From a virus (lineage: Duplodnaviria; Caudoviricetes): a stretch of 64,000 nucleotides of DNA. The notes under the pieces are model-generated. The model did no database searches, was not told where the DNA came from, and worked only from the letters and a program-made list of their open reading frames with translations. Shown piece by piece: positions 1 through 8,639 of this stretch. The stretch lies in IMG/VR virus record IMGVR_UViG_3300030376_000575, positions 1,058-65,057 of that record; one strand, 5' to 3'. The position numbers were made by a program, and so were the translations under genes. The number at the start of each line of letters is the position of its first letter. The stretch's first letter is position 1.

Positions 1-1
1 T

Positions 2-685
2 GCTGTAGGAATACAAGCTTTTGTAAAAGAATCTATTAATAAATCATTAAATGATATAGCTAATGCAGAACCACAGCTTCCTTTTTTTGCAGTGGCAGCT
101 AGTGGAGGCACAGATCCATTTTACGGTAATGTTACAGTAGCATCAGTAGCAGGACAGCGTTGGTATACTCTTAAAGCAGGAAGCTCTAGTATTACTACAG
201 ACTATGCTTCTATAGATTGGGATGATTTTTATATAACTACAATTAGTGTGTCAGGTGAAACTGCACCTTATGTATCTAAAGGTTTAAAGTTTATAACACT
301 TGCAGACTGGACAAGATATTTAAGAGATGGAGAAAATGCAGACGATGCTGACGCACAAACTTATGGAGAACCTAAGTATGTTATTCGTAGTCCTGATAAT
401 CGCAAATTTGGTCTAAGTCCTATACCTGATAAAGTATATAACGTACATTTTTATGCGTATAATGCACCTACTGCTCTTTCTGCACATGGAGATGCGATTG
501 TATTACCAGATCAGTATGCTTCTGTTATTACAGCTAAAACACGTTATTACGTACATCAGTTTAAAGAAAATTTACAGCAAGCAGCTTTTGCGTTAGATGA
601 CTATAAAAAAAGCATAAGAACTATGAAGTCTAACCTTATTAATCCTCAACCTAAAGACATGACAGACGATAGGATTTATTTCTAA
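2..685 (+). CDS. Tail tubular protein A / head-tail adaptor-like (5' truncated by window edge)
   Basis: Frame is open from base 2 (AVGIQAFVKESINKSLNDIANAEPQLPFF...). Lies immediately upstream of a tubular B-like gene and a fibre, the T7 gp11-gp12-gp17 order. Confidence 0.65.
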   Translation, partial: AVGIQAFVKESINKSLNDIANAEPQLPFFAVAASGGTDPFYGNVTVASVAGQRWYTLKAGSSSITTDYASIDWDDFYITTISVSGETAPYVSKGLKFITLADWTRYLRDGENADDADAQTYGEPKYVIRSPDNRKFGLSPIPDKVYNVHFYAYNAPTALSAHGDAIVLPDQYASVITAKTRYYVHQFKENLQQAAFALDDYKKSIRTMKSNLINPQPKDMTDDRIYF

Positions 686-2301
686 TGGCAGCATCACAAC
701 CTTTTTCAGTTGCGCTGCAAGGTGGTTTAGATAAGTCTAGTAACTCTTTAGAACTTTTACAAACTCCGGGAAAAGCAACAAGATTAAAAAATTTTGAAGT
801 CTCTACAAAAGGTGGGTACAGACGCATTAATGGTTACACGCAATTTGGAGATGGTACAAGACCTAACAGTTCTAATGAAATATTAGGATTACATGTGTAT
901 GCTGATGGAGTTATTGCTGCTTCAGGAACTAACATATATTTTAGTCAAGACGGAAATAGTTGGTTACAAATAAATAAAGACAGCGTAGCAGGCGGAGGAG
1001 ATAACTACAGTACCTTTACAGGTCGTAGCACACTAGCTAGAACAAATCAAAGTAAAACACACTTTGCAACTTTTGAAGGAAATACAACTTATGGTGAAGT
1101 AGTTGTTACTGACGAAGGATCTGGAGTAAAACCTTTTTATTTTAAAATGACAGGTACTGGAGATGCACTAAGTAGTAGGACTTACTTTGCTAAAGAAATA
1201 ACAGTAAGTGGTACACATTATCCTAAGTTTTGTGTAATCCACGATAAACACTTAGTAGTTGCAGGTGCAGCTACAGCTTTAAATACTATATTTTATAGTG
1301 GTACAAGTGATATAGATGATTTTACAACTTCAGGATCAGGCAGTATTGTACTAGACGATCAAGTAGTTGGTCTTAAATCTTTTCGTAATGAACTATTTAT
1401 ATTTTGCAAGAACTCAATTTATAAATTACAAAATATAAATAACTCAAGTACAATAGCTGTTGTACCAGTTACAAAAAATGTAGGTTGTGTAGACGGTAAG
1501 ACTATACAGGAATTTGCAGGTGACTTAATTTTCTTAGCTCCTGATGGTTTTAGAACTATTGCAGGTACAGCAAGAATTGGTGATGTTGAGTTAGGAACTA
1601 TTAGTAAAACTATTGAACCTATAATAAATGAAATTGTTGGAGGAACTTCTACATTTGAATTTAGTAGTGTAGTTCTTAGAAATAAATCTCAATATAGAAT
1701 GTTTTATAGTACTTCTACTTCTTCAACAGCTAATTCAAACGGAGTAATAGGAACTTTAACTCAAAGAGGTTTTGAATGGTCTGAAATATCTGAAATACAA
1801 GCCTGTGCAATAACTTCTGGATTTAACTACGCAGGTAAAGAAAAAAAATATCATGGTGATAGAGATGGATATATCTACAATCACGACACAGGAAATAGTT
1901 TTAATCCTGCAGGAACTGAATCAAATATATTAGCAGAATATCAATCACCTGATTATGATTACGGAGACTTTGGAACTTTAAAGACTTTAGATCACATTAA
2001 AGTTTCTCTATTTCCAGAAGGAGCTGTAGAGCCAACACTTAGAGTTAGGTTTGATTATGATAGTACAGACAGACTTCAACCAACAGATGTAGGAATAATA
2101 TCAGCAACTCCTTCTATATTTGGAGATTCATCAGCAGTTTTTGGTACAAGTACTTTTGGTGCGCCAGAACAACCTTTAGTAAGAGCTACATTAACAGGAA
2201 GTGGACATAGTAACTTCTTTAAAATATTTAGTAACGATACAAATGCTCCTTACACAATAAATGGCTTATACATAAATTACAGACCATCGGGAAGACAATA
2301 A
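685..2301 (+). CDS. Tail tubular protein B / nozzle-like beta-propeller protein
   Basis: 538 aa, beta-rich. Has GLDKSSN...NFEVSTKGGYRRINGY N-terminus and GDLIFLAPDGFRT motif typical of marine podovirus nozzle proteins. Confidence 0.65.
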   Translation: MAASQPFSVALQGGLDKSSNSLELLQTPGKATRLKNFEVSTKGGYRRINGYTQFGDGTRPNSSNEILGLHVYADGVIAASGTNIYFSQDGNSWLQINKDSVAGGGDNYSTFTGRSTLARTNQSKTHFATFEGNTTYGEVVVTDEGSGVKPFYFKMTGTGDALSSRTYFAKEITVSGTHYPKFCVIHDKHLVVAGAATALNTIFYSGTSDIDDFTTSGSGSIVLDDQVVGLKSFRNELFIFCKNSIYKLQNINNSSTIAVVPVTKNVGCVDGKTIQEFAGDLIFLAPDGFRTIAGTARIGDVELGTISKTIEPIINEIVGGTSTFEFSSVVLRNKSQYRMFYSTSTSSTANSNGVIGTLTQRGFEWSEISEIQACAITSGFNYAGKEKKYHGDRDGYIYNHDTGNSFNPAGTESNILAEYQSPDYDYGDFGTLKTLDHIKVSLFPEGAVEPTLRVRFDYDSTDRLQPTDVGIISATPSIFGDSSAVFGTSTFGAPEQPLVRATLTGSGHSNFFKIFSNDTNAPYTINGLYINYRPSGRQ

Positions 2302-2322
2302 CAATAAAGAGAGAATTAAATT

Positions 2323-5300
2323 ATGGCTCAAACATATACTAGACAAAGTTCAATAGCTGATGGAGATACTATTACTGCTGCGTTGTTTAACAACGAATAT
2401 AATCAACTCTTAAATGCGTTTGCTTATAGCTCAAGCAGTGCTTCATCTACAGGACACAGACATGATGGATCTACAGCACAAGGCGGTAATATTTATAAAA
2501 TAGGTGACTTAGATTTTCTTAATAAAATAGAAGCTGATAGTACTAACAATCGTTGGGGAATTTATGTAGAAGTATCTAGTGCAGCCGTAGAGCAAGTAAG
2601 AATATCTGATGGTGTAGTATCTCCTGTTACAGACAGTGACGTTGATCTTGGTACAAGCTCGTTATATTTTAAAAATGCTTACATAGATGCTATCACTACT
2701 ACAGGTAACGTAGCTGTAGGTGGTAACTTAACTGTTACAGGTACTACTGCATTTAACGGTGGTACGTTAACGCTAGGTGATTCAGCTTCTGATAACGTAG
2801 TGTTTGGTGCTGACATTAACAGTAATATGATTCCTAACACAGACAGTGCTTATGATCTTGGTAGCTCTTCACAGGAATGGAGAGACTTATACTTAGACGG
2901 TACTGCACACATTGATACGCTAGACGTAGATGTAAACGCTACCGTTGCAGGTACATTAGGTGTTACAGGCATTGCTACTTTTACTGATGATATTATTATT
3001 GGTGACGGTAAAACTATTGGTTCTGCTTCAGATGTTGACGCTATAACAATAGCAGCTAATGGTCAGCTTACACTTACACAAACTTTAATTGGTACAGCGT
3101 TAGACATTAGCGGTGACATTGATGTAGATGGTACAACTAATCTAGATGTAGTTGATATTGACGGAGCTGTAGATATGGCTAGTACGCTTGCGGTTGCAGG
3201 AGTACTAACAGGAGCTTCTCTAGATATTTCAGGTGACATTGATATTGATGGTACATCTAACCTTGACATTGTAGACATAGATGGCGCAGTTGATATGGCT
3301 ACAACACTTGCTGTTGCAGGTAACGTAGACTTTAACGGTGATTTAGATGTTGATGGCACTACAAATTTAGACGTAGTAGACATAGATGGTGCTGTAGATA
3401 TGGCTTCTACATTAGCAGTTGCAGGTGTTTTAACAGGCGCATCTTTAGATATTAGTGGTGATATAGACATAGACGGTACTTCAAACTTAGACATAGTTGA
3501 TATTGACGGTGCAGTTGATATGGCTACTACACTTACAGTTGGTGGTGAAATAACAGCAGCTAGTTTAGATATATCAGGCAACGTAGACATTGATGGTACA
3601 CTTGAAACAGATGCACTATCTTTAAACGGTACAACAGTTACAGCTACTGCAGCAGACATAAATTTAATAGATGGTATAACTAACGGAACAGTTATAGCAA
3701 GTAAAGCAATCGTTACAGATGCTAACATAGACATAACTGGTGGTAGAAATATTACTATTAGTGGTGAGTTAGACGCTGCAACCTTAGACATATCAGGTGA
3801 TGCAGACATAGACGGTACTTTAGAAGCTGATGCTATTACTGTAAATGGTACAGCTTTGGCAAGTGTTATTGCAGGAACTACAGTAACTAACGCTACAACT
3901 GCTGCAGTGGCTACAACAGTTACAATCACTGACAACGAAAGCACAAACGAAAACAACGCTATTGTCTTTACAGCAGGTGGAGACTTAGACGGTGGTAACT
4001 TAGGTTTAGAATCAGATGGTGATTTAAAATACAACCCAAGCACAGGAACTCTTTCTGCAACTAACATTTCAGTTAGCGGTACTCTTAGTACTGTAGACTC
4101 AGTTACTATGAGTGCTAACAACGCTGTTGTATTTGAAGGTGCTACTGCTGATGCATACGAAACTACACTTACTATTGTAGATGCTACAGCAGATAGAACA
4201 ATTACTTTACCTAACGTATCAGGTACAGTTCCTGTATTAGCTGCAGCAAGTAATACACAAATTACTTCTACACCTGCAGAACTTAATATCTTAGACGGTG
4301 TTACAAGTACTGCTGCAGAGTTAAACATCCTTGATGGTGTTACAAGTACTGCGGCTGAACTTAATGCCTTAGACGGCATCACTGCTGTAGTAGGAGAGCT
4401 TAATGCTCTAGACATAGGTAGTACAGCAATAGGTACGGCAGTAGCTTCTAAAGCTGTTATATTGGACTCTAACAAAGATTATACAGGTGTACGAAACCTT
4501 ACTATAAGCGGTGAGCTTGATGCAGCTACGCTAGATATTAGTGGTGCAATAGATGTTGCAGGCACAGCCAACTTAGATGTCGTAGATGTTGATGGTGCTG
4601 CAAACTTTGCTGCTGATGTAACTTTTGCAGATGGTGCAGACATCATTACGGCTTCAGCAGGAACCTCCAACTTCCGCGCAGGTGTCAACGCGGGTAACAG
4701 CATTGAAAGCGGTGGTAATTATAATACTGTCGTGGGTGATGAAGCGGGTACTGCGATTACTACGGGTGATAACAACACCGCAGTTGGTTCAGCAGCTTTA
4801 GATGCTTGTACTACTGGATCATACAATTCAGCAGTCGGCAGAAATTGTTTGGGAGCTTTAACAACAGGTGGAGAAAATGTTGCTATGGGTTACCAGTCTT
4901 TAGATGCAACTACTACAGGCACAGGCAACACAGCACTTGGTGGTTCTTCTTTAGGAGCAAACACAACAGCAAGTTACAACACAGGAATTGGTTATAATGC
5001 TCTTGCTGGTAATGAAACAGCAACAGGATGTACAGCAGTTGGCGCACATTCTTTAGATGCAAATAATACAGGAAATAACAACACAGCAGTTGGTAAAGAT
5101 GCTTTAGGAGCAAACAGTACAGGTGCAGCAAATACTGCATTAGGTGCAACTGCTTTAGATGCAGCAACAACTGCCAACTATAATGTAGGTATTGGTTATG
5201 CAGCTTTAGGAGCAACTACAACTGGCGCAGATAATACGGCAGTGGGTTCAGGAGCATTGGAAACAAACACCACAGCTTCTAACAACACCGCAGTAGGTCG

Positions 5301-6138
5301 TGCCGCTTTACAAGCAAACACAACAGGATCACTAAACAACGCTTTTGGAAAAGGTACATTAGATGCTAACACAACAGGTAGTGATAACTCAGGATTTGGT
5401 GCAGAGGCTCTTGGTCAAAATACAACAGGTACTGGAAATACTGCTTTTGGATATGCAACTTTAAATGCAAACACAGTTGGAATATCGAATACAGCATTTG
5501 GAAAAAATGCAGGAATGGGTAATACTACTGGAGATGGTAATACTTTTATAGGTAAAGATGCTGGTGATAATAGCACTACTGCAAGCTACAATACTTTAAT
5601 TGGTTTTCGTTCAAGAGCTAATAGTGCTACTGGTTCTAATCAAATAGTTATTGGTACAGGCAACGCTACTTTAACAAGTGGTGGTCTGACTAGATTTACA
5701 GTAGGTGATGGATCAAACAACTCTCACATTGCTTTAGGAGCTTCTGGAGATTGGTCAGGTACTTCAGATGAAAGATTTAAAAAGAATATTAAAGATTCTA
5801 ATATTGGTTTAGATTTTATTACTGAGTTAAGACCTATTACATACCAATGGAAAAACGAAGGTGATATACCTAGTTGGGCTAAAAATTATAAAGAAGGCTC
5901 TACTGAATCATATAGAAACTCTAATACTCATCACGGCTTTGTAGCTCAAGAAGCAAAAGCAGTTATAGATAAATATCCTGAAATAGCAAATGGTTTTCAG
6001 TTTTGGTCAGAAGACGATGATGGACAACAAAATATTGCTTATGGTGCTTTAATGCCAATGATGGTCAAAGCAGTCCAAGAACTTTCAGCAGAAATAGAAG
6101 AATTAAAAAACACTAAATGTAAATGTAACGAGGAATAG
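2323..6138 (+). CDS. Tail fibre with C-terminal intramolecular chaperone (peptidase S74-like)
   Basis: 1271 aa. Virion-anchor N-terminus MAQTYTRQSS..DGDTITA, LDISGDIDxDG repeats, 14-aa NTAVGxxALxxNTTG beta-roll repeats, SDERFKKNI...LRPITYQW chaperone motif and terminal coiled coil. Confidence 0.9.
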   Translation: MAQTYTRQSSIADGDTITAALFNNEYNQLLNAFAYSSSSASSTGHRHDGSTAQGGNIYKIGDLDFLNKIEADSTNNRWGIYVEVSSAAVEQVRISDGVVSPVTDSDVDLGTSSLYFKNAYIDAITTTGNVAVGGNLTVTGTTAFNGGTLTLGDSASDNVVFGADINSNMIPNTDSAYDLGSSSQEWRDLYLDGTAHIDTLDVDVNATVAGTLGVTGIATFTDDIIIGDGKTIGSASDVDAITIAANGQLTLTQTLIGTALDISGDIDVDGTTNLDVVDIDGAVDMASTLAVAGVLTGASLDISGDIDIDGTSNLDIVDIDGAVDMATTLAVAGNVDFNGDLDVDGTTNLDVVDIDGAVDMASTLAVAGVLTGASLDISGDIDIDGTSNLDIVDIDGAVDMATTLTVGGEITAASLDISGNVDIDGTLETDALSLNGTTVTATAADINLIDGITNGTVIASKAIVTDANIDITGGRNITISGELDAATLDISGDADIDGTLEADAITVNGTALASVIAGTTVTNATTAAVATTVTITDNESTNENNAIVFTAGGDLDGGNLGLESDGDLKYNPSTGTLSATNISVSGTLSTVDSVTMSANNAVVFEGATADAYETTLTIVDATADRTITLPNVSGTVPVLAAASNTQITSTPAELNILDGVTSTAAELNILDGVTSTAAELNALDGITAVVGELNALDIGSTAIGTAVASKAVILDSNKDYTGVRNLTISGELDAATLDISGAIDVAGTANLDVVDVDGAANFAADVTFADGADIITASAGTSNFRAGVNAGNSIESGGNYNTVVGDEAGTAITTGDNNTAVGSAALDACTTGSYNSAVGRNCLGALTTGGENVAMGYQSLDATTTGTGNTALGGSSLGANTTASYNTGIGYNALAGNETATGCTAVGAHSLDANNTGNNNTAVGKDALGANSTGAANTALGATALDAATTANYNVGIGYAALGATTTGADNTAVGSGALETNTTASNNTAVGRAALQANTTGSLNNAFGKGTLDANTTGSDNSGFGAEALGQNTTGTGNTAFGYATLNANTVGISNTAFGKNAGMGNTTGDGNTFIGKDAGDNSTTASYNTLIGFRSRANSATGSNQIVIGTGNATLTSGGLTRFTVGDGSNNSHIALGASGDWSGTSDERFKKNIKDSNIGLDFITELRPITYQWKNEGDIPSWAKNYKEGSTESYRNSNTHHGFVAQEAKAVIDKYPEIANGFQFWSEDDDGQQNIAYGALMPMMVKAVQELSAEIEELKNTKCKCNEE
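3100..3600 (+). repeat. Internal 75-codon duplication in fibre (DVDGTTNLDVVDIDGAVDMASTLAVAGVLTGASLDISGDIDIDGTSNLDIVDIDGAVDMATTL x2)
   Basis: The peptide block is repeated identically near 3121 and 3346 with synonymous DNA differences. Confidence 0.9.
4260..4410 (+). repeat. 13-aa coding tandem repeats (TSTxAELNxLDGx, about 4 copies)
   Basis: ITSTPAELNILDGVTSTAAELNILDGVTSTAAELNALDGITAVVGELNALD in the translation. Confidence 0.9.
5520..5636 (+). repeat. 117-bp direct repeat, copy 1
   Basis: Identical to 63884-64000 except A5548 versus C63912. Confidence 0.95.
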
Positions 6139-6140
6139 AC

Positions 6141-6443
6141 ATGGCACAAACAGTAGCAGAAGTGTTAAGCGCGGCAACCGATAGCGTCACCGTAATTAAC
6201 GATATTAATTCAAAGGGCAAAGCATCAGATCATGTTAACGCATCCGATCCGTCTGCGGGAGTCACACAGGCAGATGCAAATGCTAGAGTAAAAGCAAACG
6301 TAGATCATTTATCTACAGTCCTGGCTTATGCACCAGTAGATTCAGGTGACGATACTCCTGATGTAGCTGGATCAAGTGATGATAAATCATCTTACACCAC
6401 AGCAATTAGCACTGGTAATACTTATATTTCAAATAATAGCTAG
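6141..6443 (+). CDS. Small fibre-associated protein (assembly/chaperone candidate)
   Basis: 100-aa ORF directly after the fibre. Function inferred from position only. Confidence 0.55.
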   Translation: MAQTVAEVLSAATDSVTVINDINSKGKASDHVNASDPSAGVTQADANARVKANVDHLSTVLAYAPVDSGDDTPDVAGSSDDKSSYTTAISTGNTYISNNS

Positions 6444-6451
6444 GAAGTTCT

Positions 6452-6616
6452 ATGGATTTTATAATTTGGATATTAATAATAGTTGCAGTTGCTTCAGTTG
6501 TAGTCGCAGTAACTCCTACACCTAAAGATAATAAATGGTTAAAAAAAGGTTACAAATGTATTGAAGTTTTAGCTTTAAACGTTTGGAAAGCAAAGGACAA
6601 GCAATGCCTACGGTGA
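6452..6616 (+). CDS. Holin-like membrane microprotein (54 aa, absent from ORF track)
   Basis: MDFIIWILIIVAVASVVVAVTPTPKDNKWLKKGYKCIEVLALNVWKAKDKQCLR. One TM helix followed by a TPTPKD motif seen in small phage holin-like proteins. Confidence 0.6.
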   Translation: MDFIIWILIIVAVASVVVAVTPTPKDNKWLKKGYKCIEVLALNVWKAKDKQCLR

Positions 6617-6786
6617 AGGATTCTCTATCTAAACTAGAAGCTCACGAGAGAGAATGCGCAATCCGATATGAGTACATAGAAAAAAGACTAGACGAAGGTT
6701 CTGCTAAATTTAAAAAACTAGAAAATATGATATGGGCGGTATACCCATTTATTCTAGCATCCATAGTTTTTGCAAAGTTTGTTTAA
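6604..6786 (+). CDS. Coiled-coil protein with C-terminal TM helix (lysis-region membrane protein)
   Basis: MPTVKDSLSKLEAHERECAIRYEYIEKRL...MIWAVYPFILASIVFAKFV. ATG at 6604 preferred over the track start at 6583. Confidence 0.6.
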   Translation: MPTVKDSLSKLEAHERECAIRYEYIEKRLDEGSAKFKKLENMIWAVYPFILASIVFAKFV

Positions 6787-6981
6787 ATGAGGAAAAGTGT
6801 CATGAGTATATGGAATAAAATTAAATGTTTTTTCTTTCCTAATCTTTTTGAAACGGTTCGTGCCAAAGATAAAAAAGGCAGATACGTAGCAGATGATCCT
6901 AAAACTGCTAAGAACGAAGCGTATGTCAAAAGAGCTAAGAAAAAGAAGAAAACAGTTAAAAAGAAAAAAGCGAAGAAGTAA
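6787..6981 (+). CDS. Small very basic protein
   Basis: 64 aa ending RAKKKKKTVKKKKAKK, with internal RAKDKKGRYVADDPKT. Confidence 0.6.
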   Translation: MRKSVMSIWNKIKCFFFPNLFETVRAKDKKGRYVADDPKTAKNEAYVKRAKKKKKTVKKKKAKK

Positions 6982-7295
6982 TGGACGAAAATATCAAAAA
7001 GAAGATAGAGCTAGAGATTGAAGTAGATACAGTCCACAGCGAACGAAGCATTAACCCATATCAAAAATGGATACATTTAGCAAAAGCAGTAGATGCATGG
7101 CGTATATTTCCTCGTATGTTTTTGAGTGTCTATATCTTCTTACTTTATTATTCAGTAATGTGGTTTATGGAATTACCTGAACCTAACTTAGAACAATCTG
7201 GTCTTATATCTATAATTGTTGGTGCTGGTGCTGCTTGGTTTGGTCTATACGCAGGTAGCGCAAGTTCTAGTAAAAACTTTAAGGGTGAAGAGTAA
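6981..7295 (+). CDS. Two-TM membrane protein, holin candidate
   Basis: DAWRIFPRMFLSVYIFLLYYSVMWF and SGLISIIVGAGAAWFGLYAG hydrophobic segments; lysis-region context. Confidence 0.6.
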   Translation: MDENIKKKIELEIEVDTVHSERSINPYQKWIHLAKAVDAWRIFPRMFLSVYIFLLYYSVMWFMELPEPNLEQSGLISIIVGAGAAWFGLYAGSASSSKNFKGEE

Positions 7296-7481
7296 TTGAA
7301 AATTTTTATTACCAAGATCGACGATATAGATGGTAAAGAGTATGTTGGACCACAGATAATAGCTAAGGACAGAGAAGACGCAGACAGAGAAGCAGAAGAG
7401 CGCGGTATTATGATCGTAGGTGTTCTCGAAACAGTTATTACAGAAGAGGTGGTTGAAGGATGGAACAAGGTTTTGCATTAA
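7296..7481 (+). CDS. Hypothetical protein
   Basis: 61-aa ORF (TTG start) tightly packed in the operon. Confidence 0.5.
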   Translation: MKIFITKIDDIDGKEYVGPQIIAKDREDADREAEERGIMIVGVLETVITEEVVEGWNKVLH

Positions 7482-7756
7482 TAGCTGAATTAGGGCTACC
7501 TGTAGCTGGTGGTCTAACCATGGCTTATTTCATATTTCTCGTAATGAAACAACTAATGGATGGATTAGTTGGTGAAATCAATACAGTTCAAGCCATATCT
7601 AAAATGCTTATCACCAGAGCAGCAACTATGAATAACGATATGATACGAATAGACACTAGCGTATCTTCCGCATTAAATTTATCACCTGATCTTGATAGAA
7701 TAGCTAGAGCAGAAAATTTTGTTGAAGATGGTAAAATAGATGCAAGACGAGATTAG
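7460..7756 (+). CDS. Single-TM coiled-coil membrane protein (paralogue of 7922-8179)
   Basis: ELGLPVAGGLTMAYFIFLV TM segment and NDMIRI motif shared with 7922-8179. Confidence 0.6.
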   Translation: MEQGFALIAELGLPVAGGLTMAYFIFLVMKQLMDGLVGEINTVQAISKMLITRAATMNNDMIRIDTSVSSALNLSPDLDRIARAENFVEDGKIDARRD

Positions 7757-7922
7757 TTTACCACCGATAGGCGATGGTGAAGCTGTAGTAGATGGATTAT
7801 TTACTCTAATTTACCTACACCCCTCTGATTATTTTATTGTAATAGGTTCTATGAGTTTATTTGCTATCTATGGTTTATCTATCTATGCAGGTATTAAATA
7901 CATACAAAAGAAGTTTAAGTAA
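7740..7922 (+). CDS. Small membrane protein
   Basis: 60 aa with hydrophobic YFIVIGSMSLFAIYGLSIYAGI followed by a basic tail. Confidence 0.55.
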   Translation: MQDEISLPPIGDGEAVVDGLFTLIYLHPSDYFIVIGSMSLFAIYGLSIYAGIKYIQKKFK

Positions 7923-8179
7923 TGGATGTCGTAAAGCTCGTATCTGAGTTTGGTTTCCCTGTAGTGATGGTAGTTGGGTTAGGTTATTTTGTTTACTTTG
8001 TATGGCAAACAATAACTAATAAGATTGATCCTGCTGTACAGGAGATGAAAGTCACTATAATAAGACTTACCGATCAATTACGTCTTTTAGACCAAGATAT
8101 GATAAGATTACAACAAAAAGTAAATACTGTATTAGAATTAAAAGAGGAAAATAAATTAAAGGATGAAAATGAAAAGTAG
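7922..8179 (+). CDS. Single-TM coiled-coil membrane protein (YvrJ/holin-like)
   Basis: EFGFPVVMVVGLGYFVYFVW TM segment, QDMIRL motif and heptad pattern. Confidence 0.6.
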   Translation: MDVVKLVSEFGFPVVMVVGLGYFVYFVWQTITNKIDPAVQEMKVTIIRLTDQLRLLDQDMIRLQQKVNTVLELKEENKLKDENEK

Positions 8180-8639
8180 TTTTTTATGGGTTTTAATAAT
8201 ATATGTGTATGTAGTATTGTTGTCATTATTAATAACTTCCTACGGTTATGCAGATGAAATATCTTACAGATTTAAATCACCTAGTTTTTCTGGAATAAAT
8301 ACTTCTAGCCATTACCTTACGATTGAAAATCAGGAAAGCACTAGAAAACAGGCAATCAAAGATGAGATAGAAGCGTATCAAGATGAACTAGCAAGAGATG
8401 CAGACAACACAACCCTCGCTAGATTTATTAGAAATTTAGAAAGCAGAATCTACGCACAACTATCTAGACAAATGGTAGAACAGTTGTTTGGGGAAACCCC
8501 ACAAGAATCAGGTAAACTAGAACTAGAGGGAAATACGATTGAGTATATTGTTGAAAACGAAACAATTACGCTTACGATCACTGATGAAAAAGGCGGTACA
8601 ACTAACATCACTGTTCCTATTGGCGATTTTACTTTCTAG
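8163..8639 (+). CDS. csgF: Curli assembly component CsgF-like
   Basis: Signal peptide followed by DEISYRFKSPSFSGIN...L.IENQE and FIRNLESRIYAQLSRQ. Adjacent to csgG. Confidence 0.8.
   Translation: MKMKSSFLWVLIIYVYVVLLSLLITSYGYADEISYRFKSPSFSGINTSSHYLTIENQESTRKQAIKDEIEAYQDELARDADNTTLARFIRNLESRIYAQLSRQMVEQLFGETPQESGKLELEGNTIEYIVENETITLTITDEKGGTTNITVPIGDFTF

Larger units (their letters stand above)
1..5519 (+). mobile_element. Tail module of a second (T7-like podovirus) phage, apparently fused to the main genome
   Basis: Encodes tubular A/B-type adaptor and nozzle plus a fibre, duplicating functions encoded at 12325-14187, 58219-59910 and 62190-64000. Lies outside the 58,364-bp unit defined by the 117-bp repeat. 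Confidence 0.65.

Noticed and set aside
3063-4475. 470-aa minus-strand ORF (and other antisense ORFs such as 9959-10513, 54012-54452, 62390-62839, 63092-63475)
   Set aside because: These are shadows of repetitive, codon-biased plus-strand structural genes. They have no SD or operon context and no recognisable motifs.
4700-5640. Fibre repeat regions shared with 62900-64000 as a diversity-generating retroelement TR/VR pair
   Set aside because: No reverse transcriptase is present, and the differences are not adenine-specific but largely synonymous or block-wise.
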